From: Camelus ferus
Taxonomy: Eukaryota
DNA length: 64,000 nt
Assembly (NCBI RefSeq): GCF_009834535.1
Contig: NC_045697.1
Location: 39,620,001 to 39,684,000, forward strand
Direction of reading: 5' to 3'
Shown: positions 26,055 to 39,358 of the stretch, piece by piece
How positions within the stretch are numbered: position 1 is the first letter of the stretch
How the letters are laid out: each line of letters opens with the position of its first letter
Program-made: the position numbers and the translations under genes
The notes under the pieces: model-generated
Databases searched by the model: none
Seen by the model: only the letters and a program-made list of their open reading frames with translations
Told to the model about the DNA's origin: nothing

Positions 26055-26480
26055 ATTGTTTAGAGTAACAAAAGACCCAAAATGCAATGTCTTGAGCATT
26101 GTAAAAGTCCTTTCTCCCGTCACCATCTAAAGCAGGATCTTAGGGCTCAGGAGTAGAAGATTTGCTCCATGCAGTGTTTCAGGGACCCAGGCCAGTTGTC
26201 CCTCTGCCATCTTCAGCAAGTGGCTTCCAGGGCCCTAGGGTGGTTTCCATCTCTATTCCAGTTCACAAGAAGAGAATGAGTGTCGAGCATGTACCTGGTG
26301 AGGCAGATAAGTTATCGGACAGGCCTGGAAGCCACACACAACACTTCTTGCATCCTGTTGGAGAGAGCTTAATCACATGGCCTGTCTAACTGCAAGACAG
26401 GCTGGGGCACATGGCCCTTCATTCCTGTGCAGAGAAGGTAGAATGGATTTGGGTGGACAGCCAGCAAGCTCTTCCATAAA
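26055..26480. mobile_element. Old MLT1-like LTR remnant
   Basis: 'ttcagggacccagg', 'atcacatggcctgtctaactgcaag' and 'ggatttgggtggacagccagca'. Confidence 0.55.
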
Positions 26481-28789
26481 CGTCCTCTGACAGTACCAGG
26501 AATTCTGTTTGAATACAGATTAATGTATATAATTTTAAGCAGTAAGACATAAAATGTACTGAAGAGTACAAAAAGAAATTCAAATTTGCCATTAATCCTT
26601 TGTTACTGAGAATATATCAAATATTCACCTTCTGTTAGAGCTCAAGGTTAGAATAATGCACCTGTTGTGACTAGCAGTATGCAGCCTCCAGACTGAGCTG
26701 TTTGTGTACTGAGAGAAGGCTTGTTTTCAGTGTCCTCTGTAAAGGCTTTGTCAGCATTTTACAGTTTTAGAAGACAAATTTGTTTTTGCTCCGAGTGTTT
26801 TCAAGTGCTTCAGTGGTCAAACAGATTTTGAGCCTAGCTGTCAATACCAAAAATAGAGAGGGGGTGGGGGAGGCAGAACTGAAAATAAATTCCACAGTCG
26901 AAAGCTAATTTTTTCAAGGCTTTTGCTCTTTATAGATTTGAGGTCGTCATTTTTATAATCGAGGAGGATGGATCTTAAAATTCAGTTTCTTCTGATGCCC
27001 AGAAATGGTCCAAATAAATTATAGCAAAGTCTGTGTGTTTTGAAAGTCACTGGTGGGGATTCTGTGAGGTGGAACTTTATGGATTATCAACTAGGTTTTA
27101 TCTGTTTATTTTAATGCAATTCAAAAAGCAGTTTAATCAAATTATACTTAAAGACAATCTGTTCTTTGCTATTTCTTAAAATCACCTATTACCTTTAAAA
27201 GATCCTAACTTTAGAAGACTAATTAAAGTTAATGCAATAAAACATTTTTATAAGAATTCTATTACTTCAGCCTCCAATAAATGGAAACATTAATGAACTA
27301 CTCTTTTACCACACATAGAGGAGTGTTTGGGACCTAAAACAGTTCAAAACCTTCAAAAGGCATGGAGTCAGTATTTCCTCATAAGACCAGCACTATTAAC
27401 AACTACAGAGCATTTGAAAGTCCAGTAGCATACTTCTCCCACCTTGGAAGCTTTCTGCATTTCAAGGGTTATTTTGACCTGTACATTCCATTTTCCTCAT
27501 CTCCCCATCTCAGTGAAGTGGAGGAATTGCTGATCTATTTATTTCTTCATCCTCCCTCCCTAAGCCCTTAGGCAAAGGATGGAAGAATCTAGAAAACGTT
27601 TTGCAGGCATGGTACTTCCCTTACTGTACTCCTAGACCTTTACTACCCTTGTTAGTTTCATTCTGAAAAAATGAGGGTAGGTTGCCAATTGTAACACATT
27701 CTTCACATGCTCCTGTTTCCAAAAGGTGTAGGGGTAACACAGCTCTCCTAGCAAAGGAACACCATGTCCTCGCACACTGGTGAAAGCAGACTGTGAATAT
27801 TCAGTAGTCTCAAATGTGTGGGGGACAACATGGAAACTGGAATTGTTATAAAAGCTTTAGAGAGGAATATTGAACAATATTGAAAACTTGCATCTATTGA
27901 AAACTTAGCTCCTTGGAGACTTCTTAAACATATGGATCAAACGTTTTTTAAAAAGTGGGGTGGGGAAGAAAGTTGAAGTCACTGTTTTTTTTTTAACCCT
28001 GGAGATCAGCTAAACTTTCTCACAGCTCACAACTGCTTTTTACAAAGCTTTCTATTGTATAATATAACTATCTTTTTTCCTGTAATTCTCAAAACCTACA
28101 TTGATTATGTCTTCCTTCTGTTTAGGAAAAAAATCAATCTTCTAACACTCTTCTAACTGAAGTATCTTTAAATTTATATAATACTATTATAGTCTGTTTC
28201 CTGTTCTCTCTTTCTGAATATTTCTTTGCCTTAATCTGAAGATTTTTATTTCTTCTGAAGTAGTCATTTATGTATAATTACAAATGTATTTCCCTGACAC
28301 TGTATTAAAATGACCTGAAGGTAGAGGGTTGGGCTTTCCCTAGGAATGTGTGTTTCAGAGCTTCAGGAAAACCTAATACTGTTGCACTAGATCTTACACT
28401 AAGGATTTCGATAATCTATTGAAGATTACCAGTGAGAATGAACAAAGATTCTTTGTCATAGATATCGCGCTCTTTATCAGAAAGATTACATTCAGGTAAT
28501 AAGAGCAACTATGCTTTGGCTTAATGAAAGCCATTTTAGAGAGGTCTCTAACTCAAACTTCAGAGGTATAAAATATAAATATAATTGAACGTTACAGTTT
28601 TTTTTAATTTCTCAGATCCATTCTAAAATTATCTGTGTAAATCATCTTAGTGTGTAAATTGGTGTGCAGTGTTGACAGACACAAACATTTTCTTTACAGT
28701 TTCTGGGATGTCATCTGAACTGTGGACAAATAATCATAAGACATCTCCTTGGGGATTTCACAGCCTTAGAAGAAATAATATCATCAACA

Positions 28790-29015
28790 ATAACAGATAA
28801 TATTCATTAAATGTACCAGGAATTATTCTAGTGCTTTACATGTTTTATCTCATTGAATTCTCGTGACCAGCCTGTGTGAAATCTTGTTGCTGTCCTCATT
28901 TTCCAAATGAGCACACTTGAAGGTCGAGTAGTTCATCCAGTTGGTGAAGTGATGGAGCTAGCATTCAAATCTGAACATTCTGACTTCAGAGCTGCCATTA
29001 CAGCTATCATGCTGT
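28790..29015 (-). mobile_element. MIR SINE
   Basis: 'gtgctttacatgttttatctcattgaattctcgtgaccagcctgtg...gcattcaaatc...ctgacttcagagc'. Confidence 0.7.
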
Positions 29016-30212
29016 GCTGTCTTGCTTTGTTTTTATTCTTTGGTGGGGCCTACGGTTTTAACTTTAAGAATCACAGACAAGTTGGCCACACCACCATAAA
29101 TGGAAAGTAATTTCCATTGTAGTGGTAAGCCATCTACCGAGGCAAAAATTAATTATCTACTCTAATTATATGCTTATTTTGTGTAGATTTTTATATATGT
29201 CAATTTCATGGGATTATTGTGAACTTTAATCAGATTTACTTTCCAACAGGCTTTTCATAAAGGGAGATTATAAATATATAGATGAACACGCATTGCTTCA
29301 GTTTGTGCTCTTTATTTCAGTAACACAGAATATGTGGATTGTGCCTGGTGGTCTTTTAATGCAGATGTGAATCTTTGAGTTCAACGAAATTGGAGTCCAG
29401 ATCGCCAAGGCAGCTATATGTTTGAGTCTACTGAATGTAAACGTGCTCTTGTTTGCATATTTGTAATCTTGCATAGACACGGCTTGCTTACTCTGTGCTC
29501 ACTCACCTGAGTTGTACAGTTGTACTTAGAAACCGTTGCCCATTTTCACAGAGGCAGTCAAAAAACCTTACACGTCTGCCACCTGATAAGCATTACGCCC
29601 TCTCGGTCAGGCTGAAATACATGCTGTTTAAAGTAAGTTTCCTGTTTATATTTTTTCCATCTTGGCTAATATAAAGATTAATATTAAATATCACAGAAAG
29701 AGAAGTTCTTAATAAGTTAACTCTATTTCTTTTTATGGATAGCTTACAGCTTAGATATAAGCTGCATATTACCCCAGATCATATTGGTAATATATACTGA
29801 AAAGATGTTAAATACGCAGTAAATGTTACAATGACTTCTCATTGGATTCCAAGTCCGATTCCTCCAGTCTGGTTCTAATGCCACCCTGATATTCTGCCAT
29901 CTGGGTTTTGCTGTGTTTAGCTACAAAACGTGGATCATACCTAAGAAGGACATTATAGAGCACGACGACCATTTCTGTAATGCCATCAGGTATTTTTGTT
30001 AATGGGATGATAAAGTTCAACATAAGGTTTTATGCAAAGAGCATATAATGAACTGTCATAATTTTACTGGTTTTAACAAAGATAGGGATCTGAGGACTAG
30101 AATTAATTAATATCTGCATATTATCTGATTTTTCTATTTTAAAGAAAGGAGGGTCTGTGTTGCATATTTCTTACCGTTCCGACTGAGCAACCAATGGTTT
30201 GTTTTGTTCCAG

Positions 30213-30289
30213 AATATGGAAAATCTCAGGACCTCACCATCTTATGAAAGGACTGGACCTGACAGTGTTGAACTGATGTCCGATGAAAG
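30213..30289 (+). CDS. FAM13A: FAM13A coding exon D (77 nt, phase 0-2): NMENLRTSPSYERTGPDSVELMSDE
   Basis: Acceptor ttgttccag|, donor AG|gtaatt. Similar to recalled human NMESLNSTRSHERTGPDDFEWMSDE, and the phases fit both neighbours. Confidence 0.92.
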
Positions 30290-30675
30290 GTAATTTTAGA
30301 GTTTTCTCCTAACATTGTTTACAAGAATGTGAATAGATTTTTTTTTTCACTCCATGCAGTGTGTGTTATAAGAACGAAAAAGAATGGAATTAAAGGACTA
30401 CATATTTACCAGCAGTATTTTATAGCAAGGAAAATGCTTAGAATGGAAACTCTTACCATGGAGCTATTAAAGGCAAATAACCGTGTTCATGTTTTGTGTT
30501 TCTAGTTTTATTTTATTTTGATTAATTTTTCTTTTGTTTTTGAATTTCATAAGGTCTTTTTTGTGCTACTGAGCCTACTTTTAAAATAAATGAAATCATA
30601 ATTTCAGTGGATGAAAAGCAATGCTATAAAACAGAATGACATCTTATGACATTTTGTTGTTGCTGTTGTTTGTAG

Positions 30676-30718
30676 CAAAGAAAATGAAGAGGATGGCAGG
30701 CACGCCCAGCATTTTGAG
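30676..30718 (+). CDS. FAM13A: FAM13A coding exon E (43 nt, phase 2-0): (S)KENEEDGRHAQHFE
   Basis: Acceptor ttgtag|, donor GAG|gtgagt. Similar to recalled human KGNEKDGGHTQHFE. Confidence 0.92.
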
Positions 30719-32689
30719 GTGAGTCGCTAACAAGTAAGACTGTGATTGTGACAGGGCTGTTCACCACTCTCGAGAGTACCTGTGAAGCATCATTAGCTTA
30801 TCAGTAAGTGGCAGGACTGTGACTGGTAAGAAAGGCAGATACCAAGACCTAAAGATTCCTTGAGAAATCATAAGAACACCATTCTTTTGCTTGTGAAATT
30901 CTTTTATTTTGCTTGTGAAGATAAGCCGTAAAAGCATGGAGACTTCTCCTTAGATTTTCCGTAAAACAAGACAAAACAAGAAGCCAGAGCTACTGGTTTG
31001 ATTTTCCGTGATTCTCTGCGTTTATACATGATTGAAACAGATAGTGAGTCTTAGTGGATTTGTCATAGAGATTATCTCATTAACTTTCAAATTAACATAA
31101 AATCAGTTCAAGTTACTAAATCCAATTCATTTTCTAAGTTTTGTGTCTCGTTTTAAGTAAACAACAGAGAAAAAAAAAATTCTAACTCCCTTATGTTGCC
31201 TGTATCTTAAAGTTTTGGTGGCTCTCCTGGCTCCTGGGCCTCTGAGGGCATCGGCACTCTGACCCAAGTGTTTGGTTTCCTTTGCTCCCAGCGCCAGTTT
31301 CCATCAGGGTGCTCGGCTTCATTTCATGCCCATGTGTGTAACCCATCGCTTCCAGAAGCTCCCAGCCCCACTTTCAATCTCATTATCAGTTTTCTTTTTG
31401 GCAAGAATTCAAGCTTTTCTCAACCTCTTGGATTTTGACTCTTGATCTGTTAATTATACATAGAACTGCCCCCTACCCAGTGATTCCTCATCTTGGTTGG
31501 GCACTAACCCAACTGACTGATGTGTTTATTCAATAATATATGTTGAGTCCTGCCTACTGTGTACAGCTCCTGTGCTGGCAGCTGGGATTTCGTAACAGCT
31601 GCAGGCCCTGCCTCCATGAAGTTCCCAGTCTAGCAGATTAAGAACCTGAAAGCGCTGGACCCCCTTCTTGGAAAAACACACACTTGTAAAATTTGGCGTG
31701 ACATTGCTGGAAATGAATGGCCACCTGACACTCGCTCCACCCCCCGTGCTCTAGACTCCTCATATTTCCTGTGTGCAGTTGGTCGTGTGTATTCCTTCAT
31801 TAACCCAGCCAGACGAGAGGAGGGACAGACTTCCTCTTTTGGACTTCACTGCTCCTAAGACGCTCTTTCATCTCTGATTTCCAGCACCTTTCTGCTCCCT
31901 TCCTGGGGACCCAGGCAACAAGCGGATGTTCTTTCCTTGTCTCTAGGCACCTTTTTTCAGAGCACAGTTTCCCCATGATGGTGTGGTTTGACTTTCCTGC
32001 TGTTTCATCCTTTCTCTGCTCTCTCCCTCCGCACACAGTGAGCACCTGCTCATCAACCATACCGTTGAACACTGTTGTAAAGAAAATGGCTTTGCCAGCC
32101 TCCCAGAGAGCTCTTCTCACTCCTTCCCTTTTATGCCTCTTTATCCTTTCTGAGATAAAAGCGTATAGAGCAACCTTTGTGGGTGAACTTCGCAACATGA
32201 ACTCGTACATTCCGAGTGGCACCCAAACCGAATCTGTGCTGAACTCGGTGTGTCTTGGTGTTTTTGTGGACAGCTCCCGGGGCTGTGGATGCATCACGGG
32301 GAAAGAATCTCAAATCTTTCTTCCACGGGCCAGGACCTGTTCTTGCATGTGTCGCCCACACGCGTTTACCAATCAGCACCCGGCCCACTGCTGGTGATCC
32401 TAAAGCCCGCGCTATTAATACTCATTGTCATCGTGATCGCTTCAGCTAGGAGATAAAATTAGGCAGTGAGTTAAAACCTGGACTAAGCTCCCCGTGTCAT
32501 CGTTCTTTCACAACTGCTCCAAAGGAGGGGAAAAAGCCATCACTCTGCAAGATGAGGATTGTTTCTGCTCATGAAGGCATGTGTTTCTTTCACTGAAAGA
32601 AATACATTTTACTATTAATGGACTGTGAAAAGTTCTGTTTTCCATTTTTAAAGCTCTTTCCCTTGTTTCCAGTGTATTATAATTTCCTA

Positions 32690-32762
32690 CATATATATAT
32701 CCTATATATACACTGTATTATATAATATATAAATATATATATTTTATGTATATATATATATT
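32690..32762. repeat. (TA)n-rich low-complexity tract
   Basis: Interrupted TA repeats, read directly. Confidence 0.9.
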
Positions 32763-33738
32763 ACACTTTCTAGAACTTAAACAACCCAAGTACTTAATCT
32801 GGTTTTCTGATAATACCACAGTAATTCCTGAATTTCAGAGATGGAAAGTAAGTCTAGACTTTGGTTACCCCTCCTAGAATTCTGGTATTCTAGGTATTTA
32901 ACTGGTATTTTATTTCAAGTCTCCTACATCAGATTGAGATGCTAAAATTCATATGCCCACCGTGAATGGATATGATAATGTTTCTAACTTTATTTTCCAC
33001 TAAGGCAGATTTTGTCCTCATTAATATTGCCCTTTAAATTTTTCCTTGTAAACTCCCAGATTCATATAACACAGCAAATGACAGCCATTGGAGAAAGGTG
33101 GTTTGTCTTTCTTGTTTGACTAGTATTTTCATTAGAATAAGGAGCATTAACTTTCAGCCTCAGAAATGCTCCCCAGAGGGATCCACAGGCAGAGGGAGGC
33201 TGGTCTTAGAGTCTGCGGCTCAAAGGCAAATACAAACACAACTGGGGCTTTACTTTTTACATAATCATTTTGCAGCCTCGAGTGTGTTTTTGTTTGAATG
33301 CATACGTTGAAAAGTAAGCAGGGGCCTATCCTTTGTTGCATGTCTTTTTAATTTCTTTTAATTATGCAATTAATCTGATCCAAAAAGAGTCTGCTGAGAT
33401 CTCTGACAGTCATTGAGAGTTACTCATTTCTGTTTCATCTGAGTCTTATGTGGTTTGTAGTAAAATTTGTTTAGTGACACATTGGCAATGGGAAAAAAAA
33501 AGTTAACGTCACTTCAAAATGCCAAAACTTTGAGTATGATTTCTTCAGGTAAGTTTTGGCAAGGCTGACATTTTACTAAAATATCCTGTTTGGGCTGGGT
33601 GACATATGACGTATGCAAGAGCCTTGTACCCTATTCCCTGAGCATGTGGAGTTCAGAGTCTGTTCTCTTGTTCTCAAACTCACTTGACAACTGGAAGTAT
33701 CCAGGACAGAGGTCATCCTTAAAACTAGCAATTTCTAG

Positions 33739-33891
33739 GGCGAGGGTGGTAGATTTCTAGGGCTCGGGTAGAGCATGTGCTCAGCATACACAAGGTCCTG
33801 GGTTCAATCCCCAGTGCCTCCTCTAAAATAAATAAATAAGTAAACTTAACTACCTCCCCCCACAAAAAACATTTTATTACTTAAAAAAAAA
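33739..33891 (+). mobile_element. tRNA-Ala-like SINE (camelid Vic-1-type) with 18-bp TSD
   Basis: B-box GGTTCAATCC and a tail 'aaataaataag...tacctccccc'. TSD AAAACTAGCAATTTCTAG (33721-33738) and AAAACTGGCAATTTCTAG (33892-33909). Confidence 0.9.
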
Positions 33892-35177
33892 AAAACTGGC
33901 AATTTCTAGATTCTGAAAGAAAACACTGGAAATACAGATTTTCAGAGTTCTGTTTATAATGTAGTTTATACTTTACATTTCAGTTTGATTCCTTCTGATA
34001 AGTTACTTTCTATTGTGGAAATATTTAATACTTCCATATAAGATCGAGAATATTACAGTTATAACTTTATACTTAATCTTTTTGTCAAAAAAGCAAAATA
34101 GGTAAAAAGTTATTACCTACATGGAAGGGTATTACATTATCTGAGAGAGGTCATCATGGTCAGAAGTATAAGGTTAATGAAGTGTTAAAATTCTTTGAAG
34201 ATATTTTTCTGTTCTTTCTGCTTTCTAAGCCTACTACTAAGAAGAGCTTAGAAGCATACCTTTGATAACAAACAAGACATTCATAATAAACAAAAGGCTA
34301 TTTCCCTTTTTCTTATCCTGCTTCAAAAAACTAGAGAAGCAAGGGGAAGAGAAGATAAGACGTTCTAATCAAGCGTGAGAATTAATATTAATTATCACAA
34401 GAGCTTAAGTGCAGGCTTTCATTTGCCTTGAGGAGGCTGGAGATAAATTCTGAACCATCCCCATCAACAAGCATTTATGAAATGGATGACTCTGTTACTT
34501 CAACTTCACTGCATTTCACAGAAGCTTTAGGGTTTTGTTGCTGGTTTAATATTAGATCCAGAAATGCTTAAAAAGCTCTTTGTTTAGATTCACTTCCAGT
34601 TCCATCCAGTCTTGAAAGGCTATGGAAGCTTTTCAATTCACATGAGTTTGGGGGCTTTGTTTTGTTCATTTTCCTTTATTGTCAGGCCAAACAGTAAATG
34701 TTTATACTTCCCTGCGGCTCTTCTGTTAACTCTGTGAGGCCCCTTCCTGTGCACCCTGTGCTCCACAGGGCTCTCTGAGATATGGTTGTCCTGCTCCAGG
34801 GAGCTAGTGGTGCGGCTGCTTAGCCATATCCTGTGCAGGAAGGGGGAAGGGATGGAGCAGAAATGCACCAGTGATTTGAAGCCAGAGAAGGGGCAGGTCA
34901 ATAAAGTCGGGATGGGAAAAACCAGGCCCAGCCAGACAGGGTCCAGTGGTAACAAGGATCAGGTGGACGGACTAGTAGTTAATGGCTCCTGGACCTGAAC
35001 ATGGACTATTACCTGCAGCCCCAGGCAAGGTGAGCTCTCTTATTTGCTCCCTAGCACCCTGTGTTTTCTTTTTATAACAGGCATGTGACTTGGCCCTTCC
35101 ACATTAAATCCCCTGTTTTGTTAATTCCTGAAATTCCAATACCTAGGACATAGTATGTGTTCTATAAACACTTGCCA

Positions 35178-35347
35178 GAGAGGGTATAGCTCAAGTGGTA
35201 AAGTGCATGCTTACCATGCACAAGGTCCTGAATTCAATCCCCAGTACCCTCCTCTAAATATAACTAAATAAATAAACCTAATTACCTCCCCCCTCCAAAT
35301 AAAATTAAAATAAATAAAATTTTTAAAAATAATAAAATTAAAAAAAC
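35178..35347 (+). mobile_element. tRNA-Ala-like SINE (camelid Vic-1-type) with 12-bp TSD
   Basis: Head GAGAGGGTATAGCTCAAGTGGTA (A-box). Perfect TSD AAACACTTGCCA at 35166-35177 and 35348-35359. Confidence 0.92.
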
Positions 35348-36399
35348 AAACACTTGCCAAATGAGTGAATGGGAAAGGAAGGTAGTATATAAATGGAATT
35401 AGTATTTCTTTTACTGTTATTACTGGCCAGTTGTTTTTATGCTACATATTTTTCACTTGATCTTCACAACTTTATGGATGAACAAAAAAGAAGCTCAAAT
35501 ACAAAGAAGTTTATTCATTAAAGATCTTGCAGATGGCCCCCTGGTATTTAAACTCAGTCTTTGACTCTAAAACCACATCTGCCATACCACATTGTCTCTC
35601 CTGAGAGCCAGACACTCGGTTTATTTCATGACCTGAACATTTAGTGTGTTTTCATATGGTACAACATTTTTGGTGAGGATTTGGTGTGTGACGTCACAGC
35701 ATAAGGATCTCTGAATTGAAAATTGTGAAGTTAATGTATTTACTCTCTGATTTAACTGCAGATATAATTTGCATAAACAACAAAAGTTGAAACCAAAAAT
35801 ATCTTGGTATGTAAGAATGTCCTTGACATTTTAACATTAGTGACCAAGTAGGAGAAACAGACAAGTAGACAGGTACGGGACTGTATGATCAGCACTGTTA
35901 GAGGGCGTGGAACAACCCAGAAAGGTGTCTCACCCAGACAAGGCTGATGAATGTTTGGAGGAAGAGTGGTTTGTTGTTTCAAACAGCCACTGAACAGCAT
36001 CCTTAGCTCCATATGCACGTAAACCCTGGGCCCACACCAGCAGCCCACTCTGCAACCACAGGCAGGGCAACCGTGTCAGGTTCAGAGATCAGCGGGCCCA
36101 GAAATTGGGAATCAGGCCTCCAGATGCAGCAGGCCAGCAGAAGAGCAGCTTCGGGGACTGATCAGAGCACAGCAGAGTAGGGCCAAACATGTGGATGCTC
36201 TGGTGAGTAAACCAAGCCACGTATGTCCATGGCTGTGCAGGCTGGTGTGGGTTGAAGTAGGATGCATCTCCACTGCTGTGCAGGAGATCAGCCAGGAAGT
36301 CCAGAAGCTCATGTAAGTTAACATAAGTCTACAGTGTGGATGATGCCCGGTTATACATGGCACAGTGCTCATTCTAAACACCCGTATATGGCAGCCTTG

Positions 36400-36800
36400 A
36401 CTGGCCTCTGCTTGACTCCAGATGCAGTGACCTCTTTGGCTCTTCCTCAGGTAGATATATACAAGATTACCATGCCTCAGGGCCTTTGCACTTGCTCTTC
36501 TTCTTCCTGGAATCCTCTTCCCACAGAAGGCTCACTTCCCCATCTCCTTCATGTCTCTGCTTATGTCACCTTATTGGAAAGGACCTCCCTGGCCACCCAG
36601 TATAAAATAGCAGTCCTCAGCCCCTACCTCCATCATCCTCCTTACCCTGTGTTATTTTTCTCTATAGTCCATATCACTACCTGACTTTGTTTCTTCTTTA
36701 TTAACTGCCCCTCATGTAAGATTCATTAGGGCAGATACTTTATTTTGTCTGCTGAAATTTTTCCAGTACCTTTAGCACCTGACGTAGAATAGACAGCCCT
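36400..36800 (+). mobile_element. L2 3' region
   Basis: 'cctcagggcctttgcacttgctcttcttcttcctggaatcctcttccc...tgtcaccttattggaaaggacctccctggccaccc'. Confidence 0.75.
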
Positions 36801-37999
36801 ATTACATGTATATAATATGTGACATATATCATTATTGAATAAGCTAGTAAAATGTTGACGTGATTCTCTGTGTTAGAAGAATAGAATCTTATCTATGCCC
36901 CCATCCCACCCAGGGCAGCACTCTCCCTCTCCTGCATCCCTAACTCCCAGACTTCTTTGAACGTACAGATTCACCACGTGGTCCAGTGTTGCAGCAGGAT
37001 TCTCGGCCCTCAGAGCTCCGCCGAGCAGGGCTGAGCCTGTTCCACTCGATCTCAGCCCCCTTAGTGCAGGGAGCTTGCCCGTCTCACAGAGCCCAGCACA
37101 GAGTGGGTGCACCAAACCGTGTTGTTGAAGAAATGAATAAATCCATACATTTTGGAGAAAAAAAAAAAACGGAAAAATTTTCTGATTTTAATTTTGACTT
37201 TGAAATTGGTGCTAATTCAGATGAATCGTAAGAAGAAAACCTTTTTCAGTTTGTTTTTTTTTAAGAGGTACACATTTTGAAGTAGTATGTGTGTATGTGG
37301 AATTTGGGGATTTTTACATGTGTCACGTGCAGGACTCTTGAGCACCCTAAGGAGGGGACACAGGTACCACAGGGAGCAGAGCCCGTGACTGGCGTAGGGA
37401 GAGGACGCAGGCTGCCTGTGAGTCTTCCCAGCGCGTGCATTCCCACGTGTAAGGCATCAGCCTGGAAAACAACATTTCTGCATTATTTGTCTGGTTTTTA
37501 AATCCTTCTGTAGCTTTCTATTATCTCCCACAGGATAAAATCCAAACCTAGACCAGCTTATGAGGCCTTGGTCAGCCCAGTGTCTGCTTATTTGACACTC
37601 GCATCATCTGAGCTCATGGTACCTGGAGCCTCTTCTGCTGTGATCAGCATCCCCCACTGGCCTCTGCACTCGCTCCTCTTCCTCTCCTCCTTTCTGTCTG
37701 AAGTGCCCTCCCCGCCACCCCTCTGACCCGCACAGCCCCCAAGTCACATGTGCTGTTGTTGGTCCATGACAGAAACATCAGTGGCTCTTTAATATTTTTT
37801 TTCCTAGTGCGCCTCAGACTCTGGCCCACCCTCTGTTGTAGCACGTTCCACCTGAAATTGCAGTTGTCCATGCCTCGTCCCCAACTCCCCTCTCAAGCAT
37901 TTTGGGGTGTGGCATCATTTTACTCATCTTCATAGGAGCCTAATAATACTAAGAAGGGTAGATTCCATCCATGTGTCTCATCTGCACGAGGGACCATGC

Positions 38000-38200
38000 T
38001 AGAGGCATACCTTCCATACCTTCTCTCCGATCTTCAAAGGAACCTCTCAAGATTGGTGTTACAATGACATTTTATCGACTAGGAAATGGAGGCTCAGAGG
38101 AGTGAAAGAGCTCGGCTAGGGCGCCACGCTAGTAAATGCCAGTCACACTTCACACCCAAGTCTGTCCGTAAGGAAAGTTCACATCTGTTCCACTGCAGTA
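38000..38200 (-). mobile_element. MIR SINE
   Basis: 'aggaaatggaggctcagaggagtgaaagagctcggctagggc...gctagtaaatg'. Confidence 0.65.
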
Positions 38201-39327
38201 CGGTGTCAATGGCTTGATAGATGCTCCTCATGAAGAAAATGCCGTATCTACAAGATAGAATCGTATTTCTTATCTTCTTCCCTTTTTTAGGTCTCTACAT
38301 GTAGCAAGTATTAGAAATCTGTATTGAGAAAACATTGATTTCCTACATGAGGTTCTAACACACGCACACAAATGATTGGTGACTAATTGGCCCTGTAACT
38401 TTTAAAAAGCTGAGCACTAGATTTGGTCATTCAACCCTGGTCCACTTAGGATCCAGCTCAAGGAACAAATGATTTTTGTGGTATAAATGCATAATCTGTT
38501 TCTTCCCCACAACAGACAAGGAGGATTTTTAAGATGGCTTAAAGCCCCAGATTTACTTGGCATTTCCACCTGACTTTAGTAGCTCATCGTGAACTGATTG
38601 ATGATATTTCATTTTATCCCAAATGTGAAGAAAATACAAGTCCTCATGCTTTGTTCCATGGAGATGTAGTAGTAAAAGTCCCGTCTGTTTCCCCAGTGAT
38701 ACCAAAGTGGGCTGAATAGCTATTAAAAGTAGCTGGAAGTCTCTGTAGTGCTTTATTTTAAGCGTAAGAACATTTCTCATACATAAATGGAGTCACTTAT
38801 GATTTCCAGATGTTTGGTTTTTTTCGTTTAATGATAGTATATTTACTAAAATAAATTTCTAGTCATTCTCAAAGGAAATCTTTTGTACAGATCTGGGCCC
38901 CTTGAGAAATGTACTTGTGACTCAACACTGTTGTTTATCGTTTTGAGAGAGGAGTGTGACAGTGGTTAGGTTTACCAGATGCCAAAAGAGCAAGGTTAAA
39001 AAAGATTTAATTTCAATGCAGTTTATTTTGTTAATATAAAATCACTTAGTTAAAATAGCAGCCTTTGGGGGAGGGTTTTCCCATCCCCTAGACATTCTAG
39101 CCTCGTGTGGGTACCACCGGTAAGCAAAATCAAGTGTAGCTGAGTATTTAGTATTCAGAGTGGATGAGTAGTAGGGAAACAAGTGACAGTTGCATGTTTG
39201 TAAGATTATAAATTATGCATCACTGACTTGCCAGCTCTTGGCTTTTTACTTAAAAAAATAAAAAAAAAAAAAAGAAAGTCACGCTCCCTGTGTAATTTTG
39301 GCTCACTTCCAGAGTCCGTATTCCTCA

Positions 39328-39358
39328 CTGCTAGCTGCTAGCTGCTAGCTGCTAGCTG
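39328..39358 (+). repeat. Perfect 7-bp tandem repeat (CTGCTAG) x 4.4
   Basis: ctgctag ctgctag ctgctag ctgctag ctg. Confidence 0.97.

Noticed and set aside
31800..32456. Cluster of overlapping ORFs on both strands (up to 165 aa)
   Set aside because: No recognisable protein similarity and no splice chain. It lies in GC-moderate, L2-like degraded sequence, where chance ORFs are expected.
35178..35250. tRNA-like sequences (also at 33739 and 11621)
   Set aside because: They have A-rich tails, TSDs and degenerate stems or boxes, so they are SINEs rather than tRNA genes.
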